From an uncultured Acidimicrobiia bacterium (GTDB taxonomy: Bacteria; Actinomycetota; Acidimicrobiia; Acidimicrobiales; AC-14), in NCBI GenBank assembly GCA_963836205.1, contig CAWIIV010000015.1, forward strand, positions 64,001 through 128,000: a DNA stretch of 64,000 nt, read 5' to 3'. This document shows positions 19,035 to 29,068 of the stretch, in pieces. The notes below the pieces were generated by a model. It made no database searches. It saw nothing but the letters and a program-made list of their open reading frames with translations, and was not told where the DNA came from. Within the stretch, counting starts at the first letter, position 1; the number at the start of each line of letters is the position of its first letter. A program made the position numbers and the translations under genes.

Positions 19035-19805
19035 CTACCGGAGGGCGGCCAGCACCTCGTCGTGGAGCAAACCGTTGGTGGACACCGCGCTGCCGCCGTC
19101 GGCCCGAGCCTCGCCCTCCAGGTTGGTGAAGCGGCCGCCGGCCTCCTCCACGATCACCTGGATGGGGGCCACGTCCCACAGCGACACCTCGGGCTCGGCC
19201 GCGATGTCGACCGCCCCCTCCGCCACCAGCACGTGCGACCAGAAGTCGCCCAGGCCCCGGCTCCGCCAGCAGCGGCGGGCCAGGTGCAGCAGCCGCCCGT
19301 CCTTGGGGGAGTCGTCGAACCGCTCCAGCCCGTCGTAGGAGATGAAGGCGTCCTCCACCGCCGCCACCTTCGACACTTGGATGCGGCGGCCGTCGGCCCA
19401 CGCCCCCTCGCCCCGACCGGCCCACCACCGCCGGCCCAACGCCGGCGCGGAGACCACGCCCACCACCATCCGCCCGTCCCGCTGGAGGGCGATGAGGGTG
19501 GCCCACACGGGCACGCCCCGCACGTAGTTCTTGGTGCCGTCGATGGGGTCGACGATCCACCGGGCCGACGCCCCCGAGGCACATACGTCCTCCCCCCGCT
19601 CCTCCCCGAGGACGGCCTGGCCGGGGCGGGCGACGCCCAGTTTGCGGCGCAGGGCGTCCTCCACCGCGTGGTCGACCTCGGTGACGGGCGTGAGGTCGGG
19701 CTTGGTCGCCACCAGCAGGTCGAGGGCGCGGAAGCGGGCCATGCTGATCCCGTCGGCGATGTCGGCCAGCTCGAGGGCGAGGGTGAGGTCGGCTCCGAAC
19801 GTCAC
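19035..19805 (-). CDS. hisN: Histidinol-phosphatase (inositol monophosphatase family)
   Basis: KPDLTPVTEVD, WIVDPIDGTKNYVRGVPVWATLIAL, GDFWSHVLVAEG, WDVAP. Confidence 0.9.
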   Translation of the reverse strand: MTFGADLTLALELADIADGISMARFRALDLLVATKPDLTPVTEVDHAVEDALRRKLGVARPGQAVLGEERGEDVCASGASARWIVDPIDGTKNYVRGVPVWATLIALQRDGRMVVGVVSAPALGRRWWAGRGEGAWADGRRIQVSKVAAVEDAFISYDGLERFDDSPKDGRLLHLARRCWRSRGLGDFWSHVLVAEGAVDIAAEPEVSLWDVAPIQVIVEEAGGRFTNLEGEARADGGSAVSTNGLLHDEVLAALR

Positions 19806-20347
19806 GCCGGCTTGCGACCACGGTGGCCGGGGCCGCGGCCTTCGCCTCCGAAACCCGGCGTGTGCTCCGGGTCTTCGAAGCGCAGCGGGAGGGGCTCGAC
19901 CGACTCGTCGGCGGAGACGTCCTGCGACGGGGGCTCGAGCCCGTACTTCACCAGCAGGGCCAGGTAGTCACGCTGGTAGAACACCGTGATCCGCACGTCG
20001 GGGTACAGCTCCCGCAGGCGGCGGGCCTTGCGGTTCTTCTTGGTGACCAGGTTCTGGTTCATGGTGGTGATCTCGATGAACAGGTCGTACGCCGGCAGGT
20101 AGAAGTCGGGCGTGAAGGCCTGGGTGGGCTTGCCCTCGCGGTCGGTCTCGAGGACGAAGCACCGGGGCTCGTAGTCCCACACGATCCCGTAGAAGTCGAG
20201 GAGCTTGGCGAACTGGAGCTCGGAGTTGTGGGCGAAGCGGGTGACCGTGTGGGGCAACGGCGGCCCCGAGCGACCGTCGATCGGAGACGGTGTGCGATCA
20301 GGCTGGTCGGGCTGGTCGGGCGGGCCGGGCTGGTCGCCCGCCACCAC
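19802..20347 (-). CDS. Hypothetical protein with PD-(D/E)XK nuclease-like motif
   Basis: SE..FA..LD..GI.W.YEP...FTPDFYLP...FIEITT; stop overlaps the hisN start. Confidence 0.7.
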   Translation of the reverse strand: MVAGDQPGPPDQPDQPDRTPSPIDGRSGPPLPHTVTRFAHNSELQFAKLLDFYGIVWDYEPRCFVLETDREGKPTQAFTPDFYLPAYDLFIEITTMNQNLVTKKNRKARRLRELYPDVRITVFYQRDYLALLVKYGLEPPSQDVSADESVEPLPLRFEDPEHTPGFGGEGRGPGHRGRKPA

Positions 20348-20375
20348 CCCGAAGTCGCCCCCTGCGGCCAGGGCC

Positions 20376-20870
20376 CTATCCCCCTCCGCCGCCGGCCTTG
20401 GCCGACGCCGCCGGGTGGGCCGCCTGGGACTGCGACACTGTCGGCCCGGCGAGGGGGATGTCGGTGATGGCGGCGTCGAGCGCCTCCTTGACCCCGCTCA
20501 GGGCGACGATGCTGAGCACGCCCTGGCCCCGGCGGACGAGGTCGACCAGCTCGCCGTCGGTGCGGACCAGCACCGATCCCGACCCGTCGGTGACGAGCGT
20601 GGCGGAGGCGATGTCGTCGCCGAGGGTGGTGCGGAGGTACTCCACCGCCCGGCGGGCGGTCTGGAGGGCGACACCGGCGTCGAGCAGGCCCTTGATGACC
20701 TTCAGCTCCACCAGGTCGCGGTAGGAGTAGCGCCGCTGGGTGCCACTGCCCTTAGCGTCGGCGATCGACGGGCGGATCAGATCGGTGCGAGCCCAGTAGT
20801 CGAGCTGGCGGTACGTGATCCCCACGATCTTGCAGACCTGCGGCCCCCGGAATCCCTGGTCCTCCGCCAT
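20376..20870 (-). CDS. MerR family transcriptional regulator (Rv1830-like)
   Basis: GFRGPQVCKIVGITYRQLDYWARTDL...GSGTQRRYS. Confidence 0.92.
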   Translation of the reverse strand: MAEDQGFRGPQVCKIVGITYRQLDYWARTDLIRPSIADAKGSGTQRRYSYRDLVELKVIKGLLDAGVALQTARRAVEYLRTTLGDDIASATLVTDGSGSVLVRTDGELVDLVRRGQGVLSIVALSGVKEALDAAITDIPLAGPTVSQSQAAHPAASAKAGGGGG

Positions 20871-20997
20871 CTGCACCTCCCTCTCACTCGTCGCCCACGA
20901 CCGCGTACGCACCCGTGTAGTTACGCCAGTGTGAGAACGGTAGCGCGCTCGCACCCCGCAATGCGCGATGAGCGTCCGAGCGGCGGGAGACCGGCGC

Positions 20998-21483
20998 CTA
21001 CGAGGCGAAATCCTCCGGGTTCACACCTTCGAGGAACTCGCGGAACTTCTCGACCTCGACCTCCTGGTCGTCGTCCTCGTCGCTGACGGTGACGCCCGCC
21101 TCCTCCAATACCGACTCCTGGGCGAAGATCGGCGTGCCCAGGCGGGCGGCGAGGGCGATGGCGTCGGACGGACGGCTCGACACCTTGGTGCCGGCGCCGG
21201 AGGCGGTGAGCTCGATCTCGGCGTAGAACGTGCGGTCGCGCAGCTCGGTGATGACCACCCGCTCCACCGCGATGCCGAGCGAAACCAGCAGGTCACGCAT
21301 GAGGTCGTGGGTCATCGGCCGCGGCGTCTCCACCCCCTGGAGGGCGAAGGCGATGGCCGTGGCCTCGACCGCCCCGATGAAGATGGGCAGCACGCGATGC
21401 TCGCCGTCGGCCTCCCGCAGGAGGACGATCGGGCTGTTGGTAGGCATCTCCACGCGGACCCCGACCAGATGCATCTCGACCAC
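20998..21483 (-). CDS. Bifunctional nuclease family protein (DUF151, Rv1829-like)
   Basis: LPIFIG..EATAIA, RPMTHDL, SRPSDAIALA, FREFLEGVNPEDF. Confidence 0.92.
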   Translation of the reverse strand: MVEMHLVGVRVEMPTNSPIVLLREADGEHRVLPIFIGAVEATAIAFALQGVETPRPMTHDLMRDLLVSLGIAVERVVITELRDRTFYAEIELTASGAGTKVSSRPSDAIALAARLGTPIFAQESVLEEAGVTVSDEDDDQEVEVEKFREFLEGVNPEDFAS

Positions 21484-21505
21484 GGTCCGACCTTACCGCC
21501 TTCCC

Positions 21506-22115
21506 TCAGAGACCGCCGTCCTCAGCGACCGCCGATACCTCAGGGCCCGCCGTCCCGCGACGGGGATACAGCGCGGGAACGTAGGCGTCGGCGTCGGCCT
21601 TCAGCGTCCGGAGGTCGGCGGCCAGGACCTGGTCGAGGTCGCGGTAGCGCTGGGCGAAGTCGAGCCCGTAGCCGATGACGAACTCGTCGCCGATCTCGAA
21701 GGCCCGGTACTCGATGGGCGTGGGGACGATCCGGCGGGCGGCCTTGTCGAGCAGGGCGCAGGCGCGGATCGACCGGGGATTGCGGCCGGCCAGCTCCCGG
21801 CGCAGCCAGGTGAGGGTGAGCCCGGTGTCGACGATGTCCTCCACCACGATGACGTCGCGGTCGAGGATGTCGAGCTCGATGTCCTTCACGATCCGGACCC
21901 GGCCGGTGTCGGGGGCGTAGCTCGACAGGGCCATGAAGTCGACCACCGGGCTGACGGTGAGCTGGCGGATGAGGTCGGCGAGGAAGGGGACGCTGCCCTT
22001 GAGCAGGCCGATCAGCACCACCCCGTCGTCGGAGGACGCCGAGATCTCGGCCGCCACCCGGGCCACGCCTGCGGCCAGCTCGGCCGGCGGGATAAGGACC
22101 CGCGGGGCTGCGCAC
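21506..22115 (-). CDS. hpt: Hypoxanthine phosphoribosyltransferase (probable 1-bp frameshift near 22105)
   Basis: LLKGSVPFLADL, VIVVEDIVDTGLTL, LLDK, FVIGYGLD. Homology (RVLIPPAEL) extends upstream of the first in-frame start at 22066; removing one base from the G4 run at 22104-22107 links it to GTG 22115. Confidence 0.88.
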
Positions 22116-22147
22116 GCGCCGCCCGCGCTCTGGGGCCCGGGCGTGGG

Positions 22148-23080
22148 CTAGCCCTCGAAGTAGTGGCGCAGCAGCTGGCGGAGCATGGCTGCCCGCAGCC
22201 CCTGCCCCAGCTGGGTGAGCTCGGCCAGCGCCTCCGTGGCCTGCTTGCGGGCCTGGGGGTTGCGCTGCTTGAGCATCGGCATGACCACCTGCTCGAAGAA
22301 GCCCGCCTCCCGCTCCCCCGCCGTCTTGTACATCCGCAGGTGGCGGGCCTCGACGCCGTACTTCATGAACCCGGCCGCCAGCTGGGCCACGTTGAGGGCG
22401 TCCTCGTCGTAGTAGGTGGCCGACGCCACCTTGCGCCCCGACAGCAGGCCGAACTTCTCCAGCTCCTTGAGCAGCTCGTCGTCGAGGCCGGTGGCGGCGC
22501 TCAGCTCGGAGAGGGTGAGGCTCACGCCGGCCGGTTCGATCCGCAGCGGCGGCAGGTCGAGGTAGCCACCGGACCCGGGGAACGACGAGCCGCCGACCGT
22601 GGTGACCGGCGACGGTGCCGCGCCCGAGGTGCCGACGGTGGCGGGTGCGGACACCGGGGCCGCGGCCGGCACCGACCCGTACGAGCCCCCTGCCACCGGC
22701 ATCGGGACCGAAGGCATGGTGTCGGTGCTCTCCGCCGGTTGGGCGACCTGGGCGACCTGGGCGACCTGGGCGTCGGCCGAGCCGTCGACGGTGGCCACCG
22801 AGCCCTCCTCGCCCGGGTCCTCGCCGCCCCCCTCCTGGCCGCCTCGCAGCCGGCCCTTGATGACCTTCAGGGGCAGGAAGTGCTCCCGCTGCTGGCGGAG
22901 GATCCACCGCAGCCGCTCCACGTCGGTTTCGTAGAACTTGCGGTAGCCGGACGGGGTGCGCTCGGGGTCGAGCAGGCCCTGGCTCTCCAGGAACCTGATC
23001 TTGGAGATGGTGACGTCGGGGAACTCCTCCTTGAGCAGCGACAGGACTTCGCCGATCGACAGGTACGCCCGGTCCTCCAC
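22148..23080 (-). CDS. MerR family transcriptional regulator (Rv1828-like)
   Basis: LSIGEVLSLLKEEFPDVTISKIRFLESQGLL.PERTPSGYRKF...LPLKVIK; second HTH-like domain YGVEARHLR. Confidence 0.92.
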   Translation of the reverse strand: MEDRAYLSIGEVLSLLKEEFPDVTISKIRFLESQGLLDPERTPSGYRKFYETDVERLRWILRQQREHFLPLKVIKGRLRGGQEGGGEDPGEEGSVATVDGSADAQVAQVAQVAQPAESTDTMPSVPMPVAGGSYGSVPAAAPVSAPATVGTSGAAPSPVTTVGGSSFPGSGGYLDLPPLRIEPAGVSLTLSELSAATGLDDELLKELEKFGLLSGRKVASATYYDEDALNVAQLAAGFMKYGVEARHLRMYKTAGEREAGFFEQVVMPMLKQRNPQARKQATEALAELTQLGQGLRAAMLRQLLRHYFEG

Positions 23081-23086
23081 GCTCTG

Positions 23087-23566
23087 CTACCCCTCTGCCT
23101 GAGTGCCGCCGGCAAAGAACACCAGGCGGTATTTCCCGATCTGCAGCTCGTCGCCGTTGGCCATGGGCGCCTCGTCGATCCGCTCCCGGTTGAGATAGGT
23201 GCCGTTCAGCGAGCCGGCGTCGCGCACCGTGTATCCCTCCCCCTGGCGCACGATCTCGGCGTGACGGCGGGAGACGGTGATGTCGTCGAGGAAGATGTCG
23301 CTGTTGGGATGGCGGCCGGCGCGGGTGACGTCGGCGTCGAGGGCGTACTTGGAGCCTGCGTTCGGCCCCCGCTTGACGACCAGCATCGCCGTCCCCTCGG
23401 ACAGGTCGAGGCTGACCGAGAGCTCGTCCTCGGTCTCACCCGCCGACTCCACCGGGAGGAAGGTGATGGTGGTGTCGTCGGCCCGCTCCGGCTCGAGCAG
23501 GGCCCCACACGACGAGCAGAAGTTGGCGTCGTCGGTATTGAGGTGTCCGCACTGGTTGCAAAACAC
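23087..23566 (-). CDS. Zinc-ribbon FHA domain protein (GarA/OdhI-like)
   Basis: CNQCG...CSSCG ribbon, DDTTITF, FHA motifs GRHPNSDIFLDDITVSRRHA and GSLNGTY; syntenic with Rv1827. Confidence 0.88.
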   Translation of the reverse strand: MFCNQCGHLNTDDANFCSSCGALLEPERADDTTITFLPVESAGETEDELSVSLDLSEGTAMLVVKRGPNAGSKYALDADVTRAGRHPNSDIFLDDITVSRRHAEIVRQGEGYTVRDAGSLNGTYLNRERIDEAPMANGDELQIGKYRLVFFAGGTQAEG

Positions 23567-23663
23567 GATGCCCAACGCTAGTGCCCAGCCCGCTCCCTGG
23601 CGATGACCCGTCCACCCGGCCCTCACTCGGCCGTCGTTCAGGCGGCCCTCGCCCGGCGCGGCG

Positions 23664-24044
23664 TCACTCGGAGATGAGGGCCTGGTAGGCGGCGGCGTCG
23701 AGGAGGCCGTCGTAGGACGTGGTGTCGTCCGGCTCCAGGATGCAGATCCAGCCCGCCCCGTAGGGGTCGTCGTTGAGCCGGCCGGGGACGTCGACCAGGT
23801 CGGAGTTGACCTCCACCACCATTCCCCGCACGGGCGCGTAGACGTCGGACACCGACTTGGTCGACTCCACCTCGCTCAGCGGGTGGTCGGCCTCGAAGAT
23901 GGCGCCGACGTCGGGTAGCTGCACGAACACCACGTCGCCCAGGGCGTCCTGGGCGTAGTCGGTGATCCCCACCCGGAGCCGGGTGCCCTCGGCCAGGGCC
24001 CATTCGTGGTCGGCGGTGTACCGGCGGTCGTCGGGGACGTTCAT
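23664..24044 (-). CDS. gcvH: Glycine cleavage system H protein
   Basis: HEW, VGITDYAQDALGDVVFV, VESTKSVSDVYAP (lipoyl Lys), NDDPYGAGW. Confidence 0.96.
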   Translation of the reverse strand: MNVPDDRRYTADHEWALAEGTRLRVGITDYAQDALGDVVFVQLPDVGAIFEADHPLSEVESTKSVSDVYAPVRGMVVEVNSDLVDVPGRLNDDPYGAGWICILEPDDTTSYDGLLDAAAYQALISE

Positions 24045-24215
24045 CCTCGAAACGTACCGGACGGGACCGGCCGACTGTGCCCGTCCCGTCGAAGCCCTCA
24101 TGACCGGCGTCCTCGCCTCGGCCATCGACCTCGACCTCGATCGTGTCATCGATGTATCTCGCACGCCCGCTCGGGTCTCAGTGGGGCAACTGCCGCACTA
24201 CACGAGGAGAGCGCC

Positions 24216-26522
24216 ATGCACCGGTCCCATCCATACATCGGGGGCAGCCCCGCGGTCGGCCGGGCCAGACGGGCCCTGGTTCTCCTGACTATCGCCCTCG
24301 CCAGCGCCTCCGCCGTCCACGCCGTGCCGGCCACCGCCGCTCCCCAAAAGGGGGGCACCGCCGCCGACAGGCCGCCGGCGCCCGCGGCCCCGGCCCCGCC
24401 CGCGGCCGTCGACTACCGCCGGGTGACGGCACCGGCGTCCGATTTCGACCGCGTTGCCGCGACCGCCACCGCCGACGGCATCCGGGCGATCGCCAACCTG
24501 CAGGTCACCTTCACGCCCGAGGGCTACCTGGGCCCCGCCGGTGTCGCCGCCCAACGGGCCGCCATCGTCGGCGCCCGCGACGACCTCCTTCGGTCCCTCG
24601 GCGGCACCCCGTTCGTCGTCCTGCGGACCTACGAGTCGGTGCCGGCCGTCGCCCTGCGACTGACCGCGCCTGCCTTCGCCGCTCTGCGTGCGTCCGGGAA
24701 GGTGGCAGCCATCGCCGACGACGAGCCCCTCACGATGGCGCTCGACAACAGCACCGCGACGATCGAGGCCAAGGAGACCACCCAGCTCGACCGTACCGGC
24801 GCGGGCCGGGTGATCGCGGTGCTCGACACCGGGATCGAGGCGTCCCACCCGTTCCTGCAGCAGAACGGCATCGGGCCGAGCAAGGTGATCGCCGAGGCCT
24901 GCTTCCTCAGCGGCGGCTCCGGGAACGGTGGCCCCGGCGGTTGCCCGAACGGGCTGAACACCCAAGTCGGCGCCGGCGCCGGGGCGCCGTGCACGTACGT
25001 CGGCTGCGAGCACGGCACCCACGTCGCCGGCATCGCCGCCGGCCATCGCACCGCGTCCATCCCGTTCTCCGGGGTGGCTCCCGACGCCAACCTGGTGTCG
25101 ATCAGGGTGATGTACTCGGGCCAGATCACATCGCCGAGCGACCAGCAGGCCGGGCTGGGGCACGTGTACGCGCTGGCGACGACAGGTTCCAACCCACTGA
25201 AGATCGCCGCCGTCAACATCAGCATCGGTGGCTCCCTGGCCCACGCCGTCTGCGACAGCACCAACCTCTCCTACAAGCAGGCGATCGACAACCTGGAGTC
25301 GATCGGCATCCCGACGGTGATCGCCGCCGGGAACCACGGCTCGCACACCGGCGTCAGCGAGCCGGCCTGCATCTCCAGCGCGATCACCGTGGGCGCCACG
25401 CTCGTACCGACGAACGGGACCGCCGAGTCGCTCTGGGCGAGCTCGGCGTCGAGCTGGCAGGTCGACCTGTTGGCGCCCGGCGTCGACATCACCTCCTCGG
25501 TGACCGGCGGCCTCCTTTCGGCCCGGACCGGGACGTCGTCGGCGGCACCCCACGTGGCTGGTGCGTGGGCCGTCCTGAAGCAGGTCAAGCCGGTGGCCTC
25601 GGTCGCCGAGATCCTCTTCGACCTGCAATCGACGGGCAAACCCATCACCGACACGGTCTCGGGCCTGATCCGGCCCCGGGTCCGGGTTCTGGCCGGGTCG
25701 GTACTGGTTGGCGACACCGGCTTCGTCGAAGCCGAGTCCTACGCCGGTGGCGCCCAACTGGGCCTCGTCTCGAACGGGGTGGGCCTGGCCACGAGGGCCG
25801 GGGGCCCGGCGTCGGGACCCATCACGATCTCCGGCATCCCGAGCGGGTCGACCATCCAGGCCGCCTTCCTCTACTGGATGACCATCGGCGGACCTGACCC
25901 CTCGGTGATCCTGCAGGGCGTGGTCCGCACCGGCACGCTGGTCGGGGCATCCCGCAACACGTGCTGGTTCACCGTGAACCAGCAGGGGCCCAACCGGGTG
26001 TACCGGGCGGCGGTGCCGGCCTCGTCGGTGCCGGGCAACGGCAGCTACACCGTGAGCGGAGTCGGCGGGTTCGACGGCATCGACGGTCAAGGCGCGTCGC
26101 TCCTGGTGGTGTACAAGGGGCCGGTCGTCGACCCGAGGACGAAGGTGATCCGGCTGCGCCACGGCAGCATGACCGTCAACTCGCCCTACGAGTACATGGG
26201 CCACTCCTTCCAAAACCTTTCGGTGCCGGCGAACCCCGACATGGTGCAGCTCAACGTGGGTGTCGGCGACGGCGGGCCCGACCCCGAGGGCCCCCTGTGG
26301 CTGACGGCCAACACCGTGACGTCGCCCAACGCGTTCTCCGGTTCCGACGGGCCGTCGTGGGACGACCTGACGATCGCCGCGCCCGCCAACTCCCTCCAGG
26401 CGGGCTCGGTCGTCACCAGCAACTGGCTGACGGCCAGCTCCTACCAATTCGCCGACTGCCTGGCCTGGGCCTATGCGGCGTTGTCGTACCGCACCCCGGC
26501 ACCGCGCAACCAGCCCAAATAG
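24216..26522 (+). CDS. Secreted S8 (subtilisin-like) serine peptidase with C-terminal beta domain
   Basis: Signal peptide, propeptide, catalytic triad VLDTG / HGTHVAG / GTSSAAPHVAG, oxyanion AAGN. Confidence 0.88.
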   Translation: MHRSHPYIGGSPAVGRARRALVLLTIALASASAVHAVPATAAPQKGGTAADRPPAPAAPAPPAAVDYRRVTAPASDFDRVAATATADGIRAIANLQVTFTPEGYLGPAGVAAQRAAIVGARDDLLRSLGGTPFVVLRTYESVPAVALRLTAPAFAALRASGKVAAIADDEPLTMALDNSTATIEAKETTQLDRTGAGRVIAVLDTGIEASHPFLQQNGIGPSKVIAEACFLSGGSGNGGPGGCPNGLNTQVGAGAGAPCTYVGCEHGTHVAGIAAGHRTASIPFSGVAPDANLVSIRVMYSGQITSPSDQQAGLGHVYALATTGSNPLKIAAVNISIGGSLAHAVCDSTNLSYKQAIDNLESIGIPTVIAAGNHGSHTGVSEPACISSAITVGATLVPTNGTAESLWASSASSWQVDLLAPGVDITSSVTGGLLSARTGTSSAAPHVAGAWAVLKQVKPVASVAEILFDLQSTGKPITDTVSGLIRPRVRVLAGSVLVGDTGFVEAESYAGGAQLGLVSNGVGLATRAGGPASGPITISGIPSGSTIQAAFLYWMTIGGPDPSVILQGVVRTGTLVGASRNTCWFTVNQQGPNRVYRAAVPASSVPGNGSYTVSGVGGFDGIDGQGASLLVVYKGPVVDPRTKVIRLRHGSMTVNSPYEYMGHSFQNLSVPANPDMVQLNVGVGDGGPDPEGPLWLTANTVTSPNAFSGSDGPSWDDLTIAAPANSLQAGSVVTSNWLTASSYQFADCLAWAYAALSYRTPAPRNQPK

Positions 26523-26584
26523 CCGGCCCGACGTGCCCGGCGCCGCCACCTCCCGGCGCCGGGCCCTCGCGGTCCTCCCACTCT

Positions 26585-29068
26585 CTAGCGCAGGATCTGG
26601 CGGATGGTGCGGGCGTAGCTCTGGGCCAGGGCCCGGGACTCGGTGGCACTCGACCCCTCGGCCCACACGTGGGTCACCGGCTCGTCGGCGTCGGGCAGGA
26701 CCAGGGCCCACGCCCCGTCGCCCTCCATCACCTTCACCCCGTCGACCAGCACCACGTCGCGGTCCTTGGCCTCCTCCACCACCCGCCGCATGACCAGGCC
26801 CTTCTGCTCCCAGGGGGTGACCACGCTCTCGTGGGCGATGTGGACGCGAGGCAGGCCGGCCACCACCTTCGACAGCCGTAGCCCCGACCGGCCCAGCAGC
26901 TCGAGCAGCTTGACCAGGGCGGCGGTGGCGTCGAAGGCGGGCAGGAAGTCGGGGAAGATGAACCCACCGTCCTGGCTGGCGGCGAGGGCGATCCCTCCCG
27001 ACTTGGCCGCGTCCATGAGTGAGGCGGTGGACACCTTGGTCCACACCACCTCCGCCCCCGCGTCGGTGGCGATGCGCTCGGCGGCCGACGTCACCGACAC
27101 CGGCAGCGCGATCCGGGCGTTCTCGGTGGCGACCAGGGTGACCATGGCCAGCAGGGCCTGCTCGCTCGTGAGGATGTGGCCTTCGTCGTCGACCAGGATG
27201 ATGCGCTCGCCGTCGGGGTCGAGCACCGCCCCCAGGTGGGCGCCCGAGCTGCGCACCAGGTCGGCCACCCGTCCCGCGTGGACCTTGGCGTCGAAGGAGG
27301 CCGCCCCCGCGGTCGACGTATAGGGGTTCACCGACAACACGTCGGCCCCCAGCTTGGAGAACACGTTGGCCATCACCAGCGACGTGGGCCCGAAGGCGTA
27401 GTCCATCACCAGCTGGTAGCCGGAGGCTCGGATGACGTCGCCGTCGACATTCTCCATGAGCGCGGCGCTGTAGTACTCCAGCGCCCGGGGCGGGTAGCCG
27501 ATGTCGCCGATGTCGGCCGCGAACGCCCGCCGGAAATCCTGGCGGAAGAAGATGCGCTCGATCTTCCGTTGGGCGCTCTCGTCGATGTCGGTGCCGTCGG
27601 CGGTGAAGAAGCGGATGGTGACGGACTGGGGGTCACCCGGCGTCAGTCGCACCGTGATCCCGCCCTGCGACCGCTGGATGCGCACCTGGAACCGGCTGAC
27701 CGGGACGGTGGCCATCTCCAGGTCGTCGACGTTGATGCCGGCCGAGTTGAGCCCCGCCATAACCGCCCGCTTCAGGGCCCGGGCGGCCCGGCTCGAGTCG
27801 CGGGACGTGGTGACCGTCGACCCCTTCTTCATGGTGGTGGCGTAGGCCATGGCCACCCGGCAGGCCAGCTCGGGAGTGACGTCGACGTTGGCCAGCCCGC
27901 TCACCCCGTGCTGGCCGAACAGGCTGCGGGTGCCCCTCGACTCCCACACGATCGACGAGTTGATGATGGCGTTGGGCTCCACCGTCTTGAACGGGTAGAC
28001 CTTCACCCCCGAGTTGATGACCGCGTGCTCGCCCACGAAGCAGTTGTCGCCCAGGACCACGCCCTCCTCGCACCGGGCGTGGGCCCGCAGGTCGCACGAG
28101 CGGCCCACAACCGACCCCCGCAGGCGGACTCCCTGGCTGAGGTAGGCGTTGTCGTGCACCACCGCCCGTTCGAGGAACGTGTCGGCCCGCACCATCACGT
28201 TGGCGCCGAGGACGGTGTACTCCCGGATGTTGGCCCCCGCCTCCACCCGGCAGTAGTCGCCGATGATGGCCGGCCCCTCGATCGACGCCCCCGGGTCGAC
28301 CTCGGCCCCCTCGCCCAGCCACACCCCCTTGGCCATGCGGAACCCGGGGATCTCGATGGCCACCTTGCCCGCGAGGACGTCCTGGTGGGCCTTGTGGTAC
28401 GCCTCCAGCGTGCCCACGTCCTCCCAGTAGCCCTCGGCCACGAACCCGTAGAGGGGCTTGCCGTCCTCCAGGAGGCGTGGGAACACGTCGGACGAGAAGT
28501 CCACCGACTTGCCCTCGGGGATGTAGTCGAACACCTCCGGCTCGAGGACGTAGATACCGGTGTTGACCGTGTCGCTGAACACCTGGCCCCAGCCCGGCTT
28601 CTCGAGGAAGCGCTCGATCGACCCGTCCTCCCGGGTGATGACGATGCCGAACTCGAGCGGGTTCTCCATCGACTTGAGGGCGATGGTGGCCATCGCGCCC
28701 TTCTCCTTGTGGAACGCGACCAGGGCCGACAGGTCGATGTCGGTGAGGACGTCGCCCGAGATGACCAGGAACGTGTCGGTGAGCTCGGCCCGGGCGTTGC
28801 GCACCGACCCGGCGGTGCCCAGGGGCGTCTCCTCGGTGGCGTAGACCATGCGGACGTCGAACTCGGAGCCGTCGCCGAAGTAGGTGCGGATGGTCTGGGG
28901 GAGGAAGGCGAGGGTGACGACCACGTCGTCGAAGCCGTGCTCCTTGAGCAGGTCGACGACGTGCTCCATCATCGGCCGGTTGACCAGCGGCATGAGCGGC
29001 TTGGGCTGGTTCGACGTGAGCGGCCGCAGGCGCGTGCCCTCGCCGCCCGCCATGATGACGGCCTTCAC
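26585..29068 (-). CDS. Bifunctional mannose-1-phosphate guanylyltransferase / phosphomannomutase-like protein
   Basis: KAVIMAGGEGTRLRPLT..PKP, ETPLGTAGSV, hexapeptide region, PGM/PMM-like C-terminal half. Confidence 0.9.
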   Translation of the reverse strand: MKAVIMAGGEGTRLRPLTSNQPKPLMPLVNRPMMEHVVDLLKEHGFDDVVVTLAFLPQTIRTYFGDGSEFDVRMVYATEETPLGTAGSVRNARAELTDTFLVISGDVLTDIDLSALVAFHKEKGAMATIALKSMENPLEFGIVITREDGSIERFLEKPGWGQVFSDTVNTGIYVLEPEVFDYIPEGKSVDFSSDVFPRLLEDGKPLYGFVAEGYWEDVGTLEAYHKAHQDVLAGKVAIEIPGFRMAKGVWLGEGAEVDPGASIEGPAIIGDYCRVEAGANIREYTVLGANVMVRADTFLERAVVHDNAYLSQGVRLRGSVVGRSCDLRAHARCEEGVVLGDNCFVGEHAVINSGVKVYPFKTVEPNAIINSSIVWESRGTRSLFGQHGVSGLANVDVTPELACRVAMAYATTMKKGSTVTTSRDSSRAARALKRAVMAGLNSAGINVDDLEMATVPVSRFQVRIQRSQGGITVRLTPGDPQSVTIRFFTADGTDIDESAQRKIERIFFRQDFRRAFAADIGDIGYPPRALEYYSAALMENVDGDVIRASGYQLVMDYAFGPTSLVMANVFSKLGADVLSVNPYTSTAGAASFDAKVHAGRVADLVRSSGAHLGAVLDPDGERIILVDDEGHILTSEQALLAMVTLVATENARIALPVSVTSAAERIATDAGAEVVWTKVSTASLMDAAKSGGIALAASQDGGFIFPDFLPAFDATAALVKLLELLGRSGLRLSKVVAGLPRVHIAHESVVTPWEQKGLVMRRVVEEAKDRDVVLVDGVKVMEGDGAWALVLPDADEPVTHVWAEGSSATESRALAQSYARTIRQILR

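Noticed and set aside
21506-23080. merR and hpt are in the same frame separated only by TAG (read-through fusion?)
   Set aside because: A one-base homopolymer indel giving a GTG start at 22115 is simpler and matches other indels in the window; there is no recoding signal.
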